Part shown: one piece after another, positions 38,076 through 50,529 of the stretch | How positions within the stretch are numbered: position 1 is the first letter of the stretch | Layout: every line of letters begins with the position of its first letter | Assembly (NCBI RefSeq): GCF_006345805.1 | Contig: NC_043003.1 | Coordinates: 70,804,001 to 70,868,000, forward strand | Length of the DNA: 64,000 bases | Origin: Octopus sinensis | Lineage: Eukaryota | Direction: 5' to 3' | The notes under the pieces: model-generated | The model's database searches: none | Seen by the model: only the letters and a program-made list of their open reading frames with translations | What the model was told of the DNA's origin: nothing | Program-made: the position numbers and the translations under genes

Positions 38076-38257
38076 GTAGTAGAAAGGATTATCCTTTCTT
38101 TCGTTCTTTTTCAAAGAAATCAGTTTCCCCCGCAATTTGTTGTCTCGTCTTTTGCTCTTCAAAGAAGCTCTCGATGAATTTTACTTTGCTTGACGATTCC
38201 TCATCAATGCTACCCCGGTTGCTGTTGTGCAGAATATTCGCAGTGCAACACATGCAT

Positions 38258-38490
38258 AAGAAGGCGCATGGCCCATTGGTTACTGTTGCACTTACGACAG
38301 CAGCATTGTCGTCTCGATTACAGGATCGGAGCACTGTGTGCTTGAGCAAAACATTTCTTTTTCTTTTCACATTGCTTCACTTCACTCAGCTGTAAATGAG
38401 TATCTTTGCCACGGATTGAAACCCCATTCAGACGGATTGTTGTCATCTAGATCACTTATGGTCCACGGAAACCGGGTAACTGACCTCATG
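38258..38490 (+). mobile_element. SINE D-like, degenerate
   Basis: gaaggcgcatggccc head, gcttgagcaaaacattt, cactcagctgtaaatgag, ggaaaccggg. Confidence 0.65.
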
Positions 38491-38537
38491 AATTCAAAGA
38501 TTCTAAGCAGTAAAGTCTAGGGATGATGATGATGATA

Positions 38538-38588
<51 letters not shown>

Positions 38589-39329
38589 ATGATGATGATG
38601 TTGATGATGATGATGATGACGATGATGATGATGAGCAGGAAGAGGAGGATCTTCACACATTCCAGAAGAACGTCATTTAACTTGTACATTTTCATTGTGT
38701 TTTAAAGGTGATGTGGCCCACCCCATATCTTCATCAAAGTTTGACCCATGAATTATCTTAAGGTGCTTCATTTTCTCTTGCGTTAATGCCGAAAAATCAT
38801 TTCGCCATTTATCTAATAATCTTACACATGTAAAGTTGAGTTCTTTAAGTGTTTTACTTCGATGTTTCTTTAGAACACAGAAACGATGTATTCCTTGTGA
38901 TTGTAGAATCGAAACACTGGGGCAATCAGGCAATAACTGAATCAGTGACAATAAAATTAATGTTTTTCAATTCGGATTCAGACTCGTCGGAGCCCTCGCG
39001 AAATTTTTGTTGCTCCTTCTCTTCTGGTTCATCATCGATATCAATAACAATGGGAATTGATCTGTTTTTTTATTTTTATTTCCCGCTTTGAGAGAGAGAG
39101 ACGGGGCATAAATTTCGGTTGCCTCAGAGACCAGTTTCACTTTAGGTTCAGTCCAAATGTATGGCACCTTGGGCAAGTGAAATGAAAATTGATGCAGATC
39201 TCTCCCTAAGGAGCAAAGGTAAAATATATTTATCAAAAGAACAAAATATTAAAAAATGGACCAGTTCACTGAGAAGATAGTATAAAGGTACTTGGCATGA
39301 AAAACACAAACCATAAAAGGAATTGATCA

Positions 39330-39965
39330 TGTCAAAAGCTTGGCATGGAATACCGATGCTTCAAAGACTACTTCCATGCAATTCAAGAACTGGAGATCCT
39401 CACCAAGTACCTACATCACAAAAGACAGAAAACAATCATTTCTACTCTAGGTACAAGACCTGAATTTTGGGGGAAGGGATTAAGTCGATTACATCAACAC
39501 CAGGTACTAATTTTATCGACCCCGAATGGATGAAAGGCAAAGTCAACCTCGGTGGAATTTGAACTCAGAACGTAGTGGCAGACGAAATACTTATTTCTTT
39601 ACTACCCACAAGAGGAGACGAACAAGGACAGACAAACGGATTAAGTCGATTATATCGACCCAAGTGCGTAACTTGCACTTATTTTAATCGACCCCGAAAG
39701 AATGAAAGGCAAAGTCGACCTCAGCGGAATTTGAACTCAGAACGTAGCGGCAGACGAAATACCTTTAAGCATTTTGCTCGGCGTGCTAATCGTTCTGCTA
39801 GCTCACTGCCTTTAAAAAAAAAGGCCGAAAACAATGGCAGATAACAAATGTAGGCTGTGCAAGACCAAGAGTGAAGACATCAACCACATTATTGCCAACT
39901 GTGAGAGGATATCTTCCAAGTATTATCTTCCCATGAGGCACGATGTGATGGTCAGTACATTGTGA
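39330..39965 (+). mobile_element. RLE-type LINE fragment (same type as 24571-25452), split by a SINE C insertion
   Basis: ..KDYFHAIQELEILTKYLHHKRQK (39345-39420) resumes as DNKCRLCKTKSEDINHIIANC..YYLPMRHD (39835-39960). Confidence 0.8.
39425..39812 (-). mobile_element. SINE C tandem dimer
   Basis: Head and C1 tail (..gtagtaaagaaataag) join directly to tatttcgtctgcc, which starts a second body ending in a C2 tail. Confidence 0.85.
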
Positions 39966-40064
39966 AAAAGGGTAACGAAAAAGAAAACACTATGGACGAA
40001 AAAATATAGGTGTAACTTAGTTTCGGATACCGTAGCTGAAGACTGCTCCGGCATTCCATCATAA

Positions 40065-40120
40065 CTGATGAGATGCCGGAGTAAACTTCATCCCCTGTAT
40101 CCGAAACTCTGAGTTTTCTC
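40065..40120 (+). ncRNA. Minimal type-I hammerhead ribozyme-like motif (PLE type)
   Basis: CTGATGA (40065-71), GATGC..GTATCC, GAA, palindromic ACTC-T-GAGT, T; a partial inverted copy lies at 40015-40061. Confidence 0.55.
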
Positions 40121-40229
40121 ATGACAACCAACTAATTCACATATTATATTTGTAGACAAATTCCTCTATTTTACATAATATTGAGGTCTCATTCATTCTT
40201 TTGTTGTCATATTATTATTACTTTATATA

Positions 40230-40298
<69 letters not shown>

Positions 40299-40303
40299 AA
40301 TAG

Positions 40304-40362
40304 GATAATATCGATATTAAATATCGATATTTAAATATCGATATTTAAATATCGATATTATC
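40304..40362. repeat. 59-bp near-perfect palindrome of four AATATCGATATT units
   Basis: gataatatcgatattaaatatcgatatttaaatatcgatatttaaatatcgatattatc. Confidence 0.9.
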
Positions 40363-41335
40363 AAGTGGCCATGAACATTTAACGTGGTTTTTTTAGTCAG
40401 GGTTTCGATTGCTATTTCGGCATGGTGGTGTCTCTCAGACACCCTCATTTTTAATTATATATATATATATTATATATATATATATATTAATTATATATAT
40501 ATATATATATACACATACATACATATGTTTTATGCATGCATTCATGTATGTATGTATGCATGTATCTATACATGACTTCAGGCGTATATAGAAGCCGTGG
40601 AGCAAATCCAAAATCCAGAAGCGGTTAAACACAGCCATGCGTTTCCCATATCCGTCTTTCACTGCAGCATGTCACTGACCATAGCGATACATAACAGACA
40701 TCACATCAGTAAAGAACATTATCTAAAATATCCGATCATAATATCCACCGCTGCTTCTTTGAGGAGATAGACACTATCAAAGATGGTAATTGCGCTTCAC
40801 ACTCAAGGAATAGAACTTTGTTTTCTTTTCATATTGAATTAATATCCGCTTTTCTCCAAGGACTCGTCTGTTTACATGATATAGACACGACATGAAGACG
40901 TCGTTATAACGACCAACACTTGAATGTAATGTTTGGTTGAAGTGTATTAACTTATTTTCAAACACAAAGGGTAAGTTTTCCAAATTTCTTCCTCCTTCAC
41001 TCTCTTACTCTCCCTTTTCTCTCTCTCTCTCTCTCTCTCTTTCCACTCAGTCTATCTTTTTCTGTGGGAGTGAGTGTGTGTGTGTGTGTGTGAATTGAAG
41101 TAACAGGTTAAGCATATTCAAACACAACACATGCATATATGCAGGCATCTGCACCGACAACAGCTTCATATAGTGCACAGGTGGCATTAGCTGTTTATAC
41201 CACTGCATATGTTACAACTATATATATAGACAGACTGACAAACAGATATATATATATATATATATAATATATATATAGAGAGAGAGAGAGATAGATAGAT
41301 GATTATACATATATATACATATATATATATTATAT

Positions 41336-41437
<102 letters not shown>

Positions 41438-41689
41438 TGTTTCTTTATAGCCACACAGGGCTGAACACAGACGGGGCAAATTACAAAGTAGACCTTTTCT
41501 TTTTGGGGAGAAAACTAAAGTGGGGTAGGATTTTGATCAAAGGGGATCATAAAAAGGAAAGAAAAAAAATTTTTGAAATCGATCAATAGGGATCGTGTAT
41601 CACAGAAATGTCATGATGTAAAGTATAAAGGGGGAAACAGAAAAGCCTACGGAAAAGACCACGGTAACCTCGGTCAGTAATGTCACATG
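41438..41689 (-). mobile_element. L1/Tx1-like LINE 3'UTR only, embedded in (GATA)n
   Basis: gccacacagggctgaacacag and aaaagcctacggaaaagaccacggtaacctc match 20660-20910. Confidence 0.8.
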
Positions 41690-41743
41690 GATAGAGTGAT
41701 AGAGAGAGAGAAATAGATAGATAGATAATAGATAGATAGATAC

Positions 41744-41792
<49 letters not shown>

Positions 41793-42989
41793 CACACACA
41801 CACACACGTAGACTATATATCTGCAACTTAACGCATAATGATACCTTACATACAGGAGTATATAGTCATATATAATATACGGTTATTATATAATATAATT
41901 ATAACCGAGTACTCACATAGACAAAATCTACACACGCACACATACGTATAAACGCGCGCATGCACACACCGTATTCTCATGTATACACGCATTACGCATA
42001 CACAAACACAAGCCTGCACATGTACGTTGATTGTACCTGATGTTTACATAAAATTGAACAAATTTTAGCCAGAAACGATTTGTAAACAGAATCAGGAGAG
42101 AGAGAGAGAAAGGAAGAAAAAGAGAAAGAGAGAAAGAGAGAGAAAGAGAGGGAGAGAGAGAGAGAGAGAGAGAAAGGAGAGAGAGAGGAAAGAGAGAGAA
42201 AGGAAGTGAGAGAGAAAAGCAAGACCGTAATGGCGGGAGAGAAAGAAAGAAAAGAGATTGAGACATAAAAACGCACATATATATATGTGACTGTAAAACA
42301 AATGTAGACAAATATATATAAATGTCCGTACATGCAATAAGTAATACGTATATGGTGAAAGACCGTGTGTATTTATACACAATATGGTATGGTGCAGTTT
42401 AAGAAAACTGGTAAACTTTGAAGACATTTCCTAACTTATTTTAATCCTAGAAGAGAACTATTTCTTCAAAATATTTTCTATCTTAGATAAATATTTGCTG
42501 GCAATGAAATTGAACTACACTGGTGTTGGCGCTGGACGTACATTTTTTCATGCAGTGACGTGGGTTTCAAGTGGCATCCTGATCCAGTGAGCAGACGACC
42601 GCGTGCGGATTTTGGATCCAATGCTGGGAGATTTAAAGAGTAACAAAAATTTAAGAAATAATAATTATTATTGTCATAAGAAACTAATAATAATAATAAT
42701 AATAGTAACCAGATAACTAAAGTCAATTGCTTATCGTTGCAGTAAGTATTATTTTTGTTAATATTTTTTACTTATATATAATAATGTGTGTATCCATGTG
42801 TATACGTATGTGTGCATATATAGTGTATATATATATATATATATGAGTGTGTGTGTGTGTGTATAGTAAAATGAAAAATAGAAAGTCCTTGCTACTGTAT
42901 TATATATAAGCATGAATAGAAATGTCTTTTCTTATAATGTTTATGCTTTAATAAATAGATGTTTATAAATCATTAGGTGTTAACAAATC

Positions 42990-43310
42990 GTGTATGTATG
43001 TATGTATGTATGTATGTATGTATGTATTATGTATGTGTGTATGCATGTGTGTGTGTATGTATGTATGTATGTATGCATGCATGTATGTATGCATCTATGT
43101 ATGTATGTATGTATGTATGTAAGTATGTATGCATGTATGTATGTATGTATGTATGTATGTATGTGTGTGTGTGTATGTATGTATGTATGTATGCATGCAT
43201 GTATGCATGTATGTATGTATGTATGTATGTGTGTATGTATGTATGTGTGTATGTATGTATGTATGTATGTATGTATGTATGTATGTATGTATGTATGTAT
43301 GTATGTGTGT
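42990..43310. repeat. (ATGT)n compound microsatellite
   Basis: Directly visible. Confidence 0.95.
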
Positions 43311-43756
43311 GTGTGTTTTTGTGCGCGCGTGTATTTTTATAGAGTAGATATATGTAGTTGAATGCATATATACATATATGTGCGCGTGTATATATGTGTG
43401 GCGTGTATTTATACATTTATACATATGTATGTTTTTGCATATGTATAAGTTATTTCTAAGTTATATGTATATGTATACGTATGCCATCGTGATTGTATGC
43501 ACCTCCGTTTAAATACCCTTAATATGTACACACGCACACACACACACCTATACACTCACACGACACACGCGCACGCATACATTTATATCCATGTGCGTGT
43601 ATATGTATGTATATAGAGAGGGGTGGATAGACACAGACACACATATATACACAAGCGTATAACATACACATTTCTGCACGCATTTTATTACTATACACAT
43701 ATGCACGCAACTCACCAAACACATACACGTATTTACGTACTTCTTATGTATATGTA

Positions 43757-43791
<35 letters not shown>

Positions 43792-43795
43792 TTAT

Positions 43796-43834
<39 letters not shown>

Positions 43835-43945
43835 GTATATACACATACACACATAATATATATATAAACACACCTGTATGAATACTTGTCCATCTTGTGC
43901 TTTTTGTTGTTTATATTTTTTCAACATGTTATGTATGAATATGTA

Positions 43946-43988
<43 letters not shown>

Positions 43989-44018
43989 CACGCACAAACA
44001 CATACATGCATAAATATA

Positions 44019-44053
<35 letters not shown>

Positions 44054-44097
44054 GTTTGTATATAAACATGTATTTGTTCAAGCGTGTATGTAGATGG

Positions 44098-44159
<62 letters not shown>

Positions 44160-44245
44160 AGAGAGACAGAGACAGACGGACATACAGAGGGACGGACAGA
44201 CAGACAGAAGGATAGAAATACAGACACACAGATAGATAGACAGAC

Positions 44246-44304
<59 letters not shown>

Positions 44305-44305
44305 C

Positions 44306-44352
<47 letters not shown>

Positions 44353-45258
44353 CATACAGATGGATAGATAGACATACAGATGGATAGATAGATGAAAATA
44401 TTACGTGTTTCGTATTTCATACCCTGGTTTACAAATTCACATTTTCTCCACTTCATTGGTGAAAATATACTAATTCGTATACAAACACTTTTTTTCCTGA
44501 AAACAATACAAAGTGCGCGCGCGCCTCTGTGTGTGCGTATGTGTCTGCATATGTGTGCATATGTGTGTGTGTGTACATGGTATTAATGTCATTCAACTAT
44601 GTTTGCATGCATTATATGGATATCATATTCAGCTTTTGCTTCCGTTGGCAATCTCTACCGTAAAACTGGTATGTACATCCATCTGTCTGTCCGCCTGTCC
44701 GTCTGCTTCTATTCACATGTATCTTTCTCATCGTGTATTTTATCACAGATTCTGCAACCCGTACTAAAAGGACGCGGTAGCAGTCCCTTAGATTTTTCCG
44801 CATGGCTGCACAACCACACATAACACATATATTCATGTGTAACCGTGTGTATGTGCTAGGATTTGCACATTATGCATACGTATTTTTTTATTCTTTTATA
44901 TGTTTCAGCCCTGGGGTAGTGGCCATGCTGGGGCACAGACATACATACATACATACATACATACATACATACATCATACATACATACATACATACAATAT
45001 ATACATTTAATTAGCTATATATACATATATATACATATACATATACATATAGACATACATAAATAAATATATATATATACATACATATATATATATATAT
45101 ACATATACGTATATATACATACATATAGGTAGATATATATTATATATATACGTATACAAACATATACATAGATAGATATGAATACCTATATATTCACACA
45201 TATATGTATTCATATATATATTCCAAACACATATATGTATTCATACGTATACCACCAC

Positions 45259-45302
<44 letters not shown>

Positions 45303-45524
45303 ATATATATATACATAGATACATATACATACGCGCGTGCATATACACACATACATATACGTACACATGCGCGCGCGCATACACACACACACACACTATT
45401 TATGATGACCTACTCCAAAAAGGTGTATGATGTGTTTATAGATATGTATATCCATGGTTTGTGTAGTACATATTTTTATGTATGTATACACAAGTGCGTA
45501 TGTTTGTATATGTGTACGTATATA

Positions 45525-45953
45525 TATACAGGAGTGGCTGTGTGGTAAGTAGCTTGTTTACCAACCACATGGTTCCGGGTTCAGTCCCACTGCGTGGCAC
45601 CTTGGGCAAGTGCCTTCAATTGTAGCCTCGGTCCGACCAAAGCCTTGTGAGTGGATTTGGTAGACGGAAACTGAAAGAAGCCCGTCGTATATATGTTATA
45701 TATATTATAAATATATATATTATATATAATATATTATATGTGAGTTTGTGTGTCTGTGTTTGTCCCTCCAACACCGCTTGACAACTGATGGTGGTGTGTT
45801 TACGTCCCCGTAATTTAGCGGTTCGGCAAAAGAGACCAATAGAATAAGTACTAGGGTTACAAAGAATAAGTCCTGGGGTCGATTTGCTCGACTAAAGGCG
45901 ATGCTCCAGCATGGCCGCAGTCAAATGACTGAAACAAGTAAAAGAGTAAAAGA
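45525..45953 (+). mobile_element. SINE A, full length
   Basis: caggagtggctgtgtggtaag...gaagcccgtcg, microsatellite, tail ending gtaaaagagtaaaagag. Confidence 0.9.
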
Positions 45954-45954
45954 G

Positions 45955-46002
<48 letters not shown>

Positions 46003-46008
46003 TGTATA

Positions 46009-46878
46009 TTCTTTTTCTCTTATCGGTTTCAGCTCAAAACTGCGGCCATACTGGGGCACCGCCATTTTGCTACACTATTATTATTGAGAGCTTCCTCTGA
46101 TATGTGGCATTTGGTCAATAAGGGAGCCTGATGTCGCTGCCCTCACTTGCGTCTCCTGCCGCAGGATAGGTTCATCTGGGACTTTCGACAGGAAGAGATC
46201 CAGTTCTGATTTGAAAACACCTGCATCAACTTCGTGTACGTCCGTCAGGTTCTTTGGGAGAATATTAAAATACTGTGGGCCCTTGAAACCCAGGCAGTTG
46301 CAGTAACTGGTCCTGATGTGCAGTGGCAACCCGTTCTGGCATTTGTGTAGCTTTCAAATTCCAAAATTTGACACAAGTCCTTCCAGAATCTTCGAGATGC
46401 ATATTACTGCATATCTCTCCCGCCTTCGCTCCAGGGAGTGGAGTCTTAGCTGTTTCAGCTTTTGCCAGTAGTTCAGCTGTCCTAATGAGACGATCTTCAT
46501 TGTGAAGCTTCGCTGGATTGCTTCAAGATCCGCTGTTAATTTTACACTGTTGAGTGACCATAGTTGGGAGCAGTAGCTCAAGTGGATGAGGAAGAATGTC
46601 CTCAAGAGGCCCATCATGGTTGCCTTCTTTCTGGTTCTGAAGGTTCTCATGATCCAGCCAGCCGTCTGCATTTTGTCATCATCTTGGTAATGTGCACTTG
46701 GAAAGAGTTATCATCACTCGTGTCGATACCCAGGTCACGCATTGACTTAGGTTCTGGGATCGTAATCCCGCCGTGGGCCAATATACCATGTACGATTTTC
46801 GTTCAGTTTCGGGTGCTGGTAGCGCAGGGCTTTTCCAGCATTAAACAGCATATTATAGTCCTCGGCCCATCTGTATAC
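46009..46878 (-). mobile_element. CR1/L2-like LINE 3' fragment with intact 3' end
   Basis: ORFs 46354-46671 (HLSYCSQLWS..LEAIQRSFT..LHSLERRRERY) and 46081-46329 (GPQYFNILP..FKSELDLFLSKVPDEP). Confidence 0.88.
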
Positions 46879-46910
<32 letters not shown>

Positions 46911-46923
46911 AGATCCCATCTGT

Positions 46924-46992
<69 letters not shown>

Positions 46993-46997
46993 CAGAC

Positions 46998-47030
<33 letters not shown>

Positions 47031-47169
47031 TATAGATAGATAGATAGATAGATAGTCATACGAACACGCAAAAACAGATGCATACAGAAAGAAAAATAGA
47101 AACATGCATACATTTATTAGCATTAAAGAACTCCACAGACACGCTTGGCCTTAAATCTAGTTTTCAGGG

Positions 47170-47372
47170 ACATTCAGCGTGACACAGAAAGTGACAAGGC
47201 TAACCCAATAAAATACAGGTATAAATCATTTTTGTCAGTTGAATGAACTGGAGCAATGTGAAATAAGGTGTCTTGCTCAAGGACAGAACGCCTCGCCGGG
47301 AATCGAACCCATGACCTTACAATCATGCAATCGTAAACCGAACATGCTAACCACGAAGCCACGCACCTTCAC
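47170..47372 (-). mobile_element. SINE with D-type head and B-type distal module
   Basis: gtgaaggtgcgtggc head and cttgagcaagacacc; distal gtcacactctg/tcacgctgaa module also seen at 55280-55310. Confidence 0.7.
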
Positions 47373-47387
47373 TATTTTTAAAAATTT

Positions 47388-47684
47388 ATTTATGCGCGCT
47401 TTTAAAGCCTAGCCAGGCTCATGGGCCCGGTTTCCCGGTTTCTATGGCGTATGTGTTCCCCCCAGCTGGACGGGGCGCCAGTCCATCGCAGCGTTACTCA
47501 AGAAACAGGAAGAAAGAGTGAGAGAAAGTTGGGGTGATAGAGTACAACAGGGGTCGCCACCCCAACCCCCTGCCGGAGCTTCGTGGAGCTTTAGGTGTTT
47601 TCGCTCAATAAACATACAGAACGCCTGGTCTGGGAATCGAAACCGCGAGTCCGCTGCCCTAACCACTGGGCCATTGCGCCTCCA
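47388..47684 (-). mobile_element. SINE family B (provisional), tail variant 1
   Basis: ggaggcgcaatggcccagtggttagggcagcggactcgcggtttcgattccc head; atggactggcgccccgtccag and gaaaccggg tail. Confidence 0.85.
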
Positions 47685-47930
47685 CTCTTCACTTGTATTA
47701 CTGACATATAAGAGAAGGCCAGGGACGGCGAGTGATAAAGAAATGGTGGGATAAAAACGCTGAGATATATCCATCTTTATACAAGTATAAATAAATACAT
47801 AAAATATACAAAAATACTTGCCTTTATATCAGCGAACATTCACGTATATTTCCATGTGTATTTAGAGATAAAAACAGTGCAGTTTATCAAATTCGCTTGT
47901 ATCAATGATGCATTGAGCCACTTCTGTTTC

Positions 47931-47993
<63 letters not shown>

Positions 47994-48081
47994 ATATATA
48001 TATATATTATATTATATATTATAATATATATATATATATGCATATATATACACATATACATAGGTATATGTACATAGTTAC

Positions 48082-48141
<60 letters not shown>

Positions 48142-48341
48142 CTATCTATCTCTCTCTTTTATATATATATTATATAATATATATATAAGCATATGTGGGC
48201 ACAGGACGTCACGAAACGTGTACAACAAAAAATACGAAGTACGAGTACATGGAATATAAACTATTTTTTCGAACAACGAAAGACACAAATGGAAAACAAG
48301 ACAAACAACATAAAGAACGACCCTTCATCAGTTATGGTGTG

Positions 48342-48390
<49 letters not shown>

Positions 48391-48391
<1 letters not shown>

Positions 48392-48632
48392 GAGGCGCAA
48401 TGGCCCAGTGGTGAGGGCAGCGGGCTCGCAGTCGTGGGATCGCGGTTTCGATTCTCAGACTGAGTGTTGTGGGTGTTTATTAAGCGGAATCACGCTGAAT
48501 CTCCCCGAGAACTACGTTAAGGGTACACGTGCCTGTGGAGTGCTCACTCACTTGCGCGTTAATTTCACGAGCAGGCTGTTCCGTTGATCGGATCAACTGC
48601 AACCCTCGTCATCGTAACCGACAAAGTGCCAC
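48391..48632 (+). mobile_element. SINE B, tail variant 2, internally deleted
   Basis: Same head; tail ...ggctgttccgttgatcggatcaactg...gtaaccgac matches 55065-55428. Confidence 0.85.
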
Positions 48633-49134
48633 GACGATATATATATATATATAAGTACTGTTGTGTCTGGGGAGAGTCATTCTCTTTTGGTGCCTTATAA
48701 TTTAACACACTCACCGGCAAAATTTCCACTTATTTCTTTTATTATTTTTCTAAAATTTTCGTTGCGTCTTGCAACCTTTCCAATAATCGTTGAATATATT
48801 AACTATTACAATCGTTATTGTAACTAGCATAATTATTATAGCTGATAAGTTGTGTTTATTTAAATCGTTTAAACGCATATTTTATCAAGTGTGGACATCT
48901 TAGAGCCTGTTCCCGTCTAATGCTTATAAGAGTAAATTTAGAAGTGAAAATTTAGTACTTTTCTTCTGCACAAAATTTCGTCTATTATCGTCTATTCTAT
49001 CAGGTTTCGCCTCACTAATTATTTACAAAGCAATCGAAAATATTTTGTTACATTCTTTTAGAGCCCAAAAAGGCTAGTAGTAATTCATTTTGTTCCTATA
49101 TAGCTGAACGAATTTAAATGATTGACAATTCTTT

Positions 49135-49620
49135 GGACCCGAAAGGATAAAAGGCAAAGTCGACCTCGGCAGAATTTGAACTCAGAACTTCAGACAGACA
49201 AAATACCTATTTGTTTACTACCCACAAGGGGCTAAACACAGAGAGGACAAACAAGGACGGACAAATGGATTAAGTCGATTATATCGACCCCAGTGCGTAA
49301 CTGGTACTTATTTATTCGACCACAAAGGGATGAAAGGCAAAGTCAACCTCGGCGGAATGTGAACTCAGAATGTAACAGCAGACGAAATACCTATTTCTTT
49401 ATTACCCACAAGGGGCTAAACACAGACGGGACAAACAAGGACAGACATAGGTATTAAGTCGATTACATCGACCCCAGTGCGTAACTGGCACTTAATTTAT
49501 CGACCCCGAAAGGAAGAAAGGCAAAGTCGACCTCGGCGGAATTTGAACTCAGAACGTAACGGCAGCGAAATACCGCTAAGCATTTCCCCCGGCGCACTAA
49601 CGTTTCTGCCAGCTCGCCTT
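49135..49620 (-). mobile_element. SINE C tandem trimer (head plus ~2.4 bodies of ~185 bp)
   Basis: Two junctions of the form aaatagg|tattt(c/t)gtctg. Confidence 0.9.
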
Positions 49621-50309
49621 TTATATCTATAGATATAAATTTAACATGGGCGATTCTTTCTTGTCTTGGGATTCACGGTCAAACGGCTGGGTAGAATTGA
49701 GCAAAAAATTACACAGATGTGGAGAATGATCTGGTGGTGATGCTGGGCTTTGTATTTTTTCATAGCTCCCATGGTTACCGAGATAATCTACTATAATAAT
49801 ACTCTTGTGTTTATGAATGAGAAAGGAAGGAGTGATAGATGAATAAGGAAGGAAGGAGGGGTGATGTCATACTTGGTAATGGGATCATGAAAATTGTACA
49901 CTGAAATAAATAAATCAAACAGCGTTTCAACTCTGTGTGAATATATGTGGGTGTATGTAAAAGGGAGTATGTGAATGTGCGTGTGTATGTGTGCGTGTGT
50001 GTATTTGTGTGTTTGTGTGTGTACGTGTGTGTGCGCGCAATGGAAGTGGGATGGTTCATCTTTATTCGCTTAGTATTTGAGTTTATTTTTTGATTTTGGT
50101 TGAATCTTGGTTGTTGTTGATTTTTTTTTTGGGGGGGGGGTCAGTTATTTTTAGCTTTTTGACAGAAAAATAGACATTCTAAAATTGTTTTTTTCAACAC
50201 AAGCATGCACAAACAAGTCGAATCCTTACATAGAGCAGGTTTTAAAGCCACATCATCTAAATCGATCGGGTGAAATCGGGTTTAGCTGCTAGTATATGTA
50301 TATGATCAA

Positions 50310-50488
50310 CCGCTAGCCACTAAAGCTTTTTGTATTCTCTCTCTGTTTATTTTCTCCTGCTCCTTTCTGTTGAAGAGCGTAGGCTCGAAACGTAAAAGAC
50401 TTTCTCGTCCTCCCGAGCGCGTTAAACTAATACACGTGTTCGTTGTTTACACACCTGTCTTCGTCTTTTGCTTTTTTGTAAATTCCAA

Positions 50489-50490
<2 letters not shown>
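50310..50490 (+). mobile_element. Family E arm
   Basis: Matches the right arm of 5594-5970; CTTT CTGTTGA AGAGCGTAGGCTC GAAACGTA AAAG at 50363-50398. Confidence 0.85.

Positions 50491-50526
<36 letters not shown>

Positions 50527-50529
<3 letters not shown>

Noticed and set aside
38673-39236. Possible host exon (acidic IVIDIDDEPEEKE stretch; 89- and 92-aa ORFs)
   Set aside because: Frames are interrupted by stops, there is no recognisable domain or convincing splice sites, and it overlaps a SINE A fragment. BLASTx or RNA-seq would be needed.
46867-46926. cccatctgtata direct repeat around a (TA)/(TATG) tract
   Set aside because: Too short to define an element; likely slippage at the LINE 5' junction.
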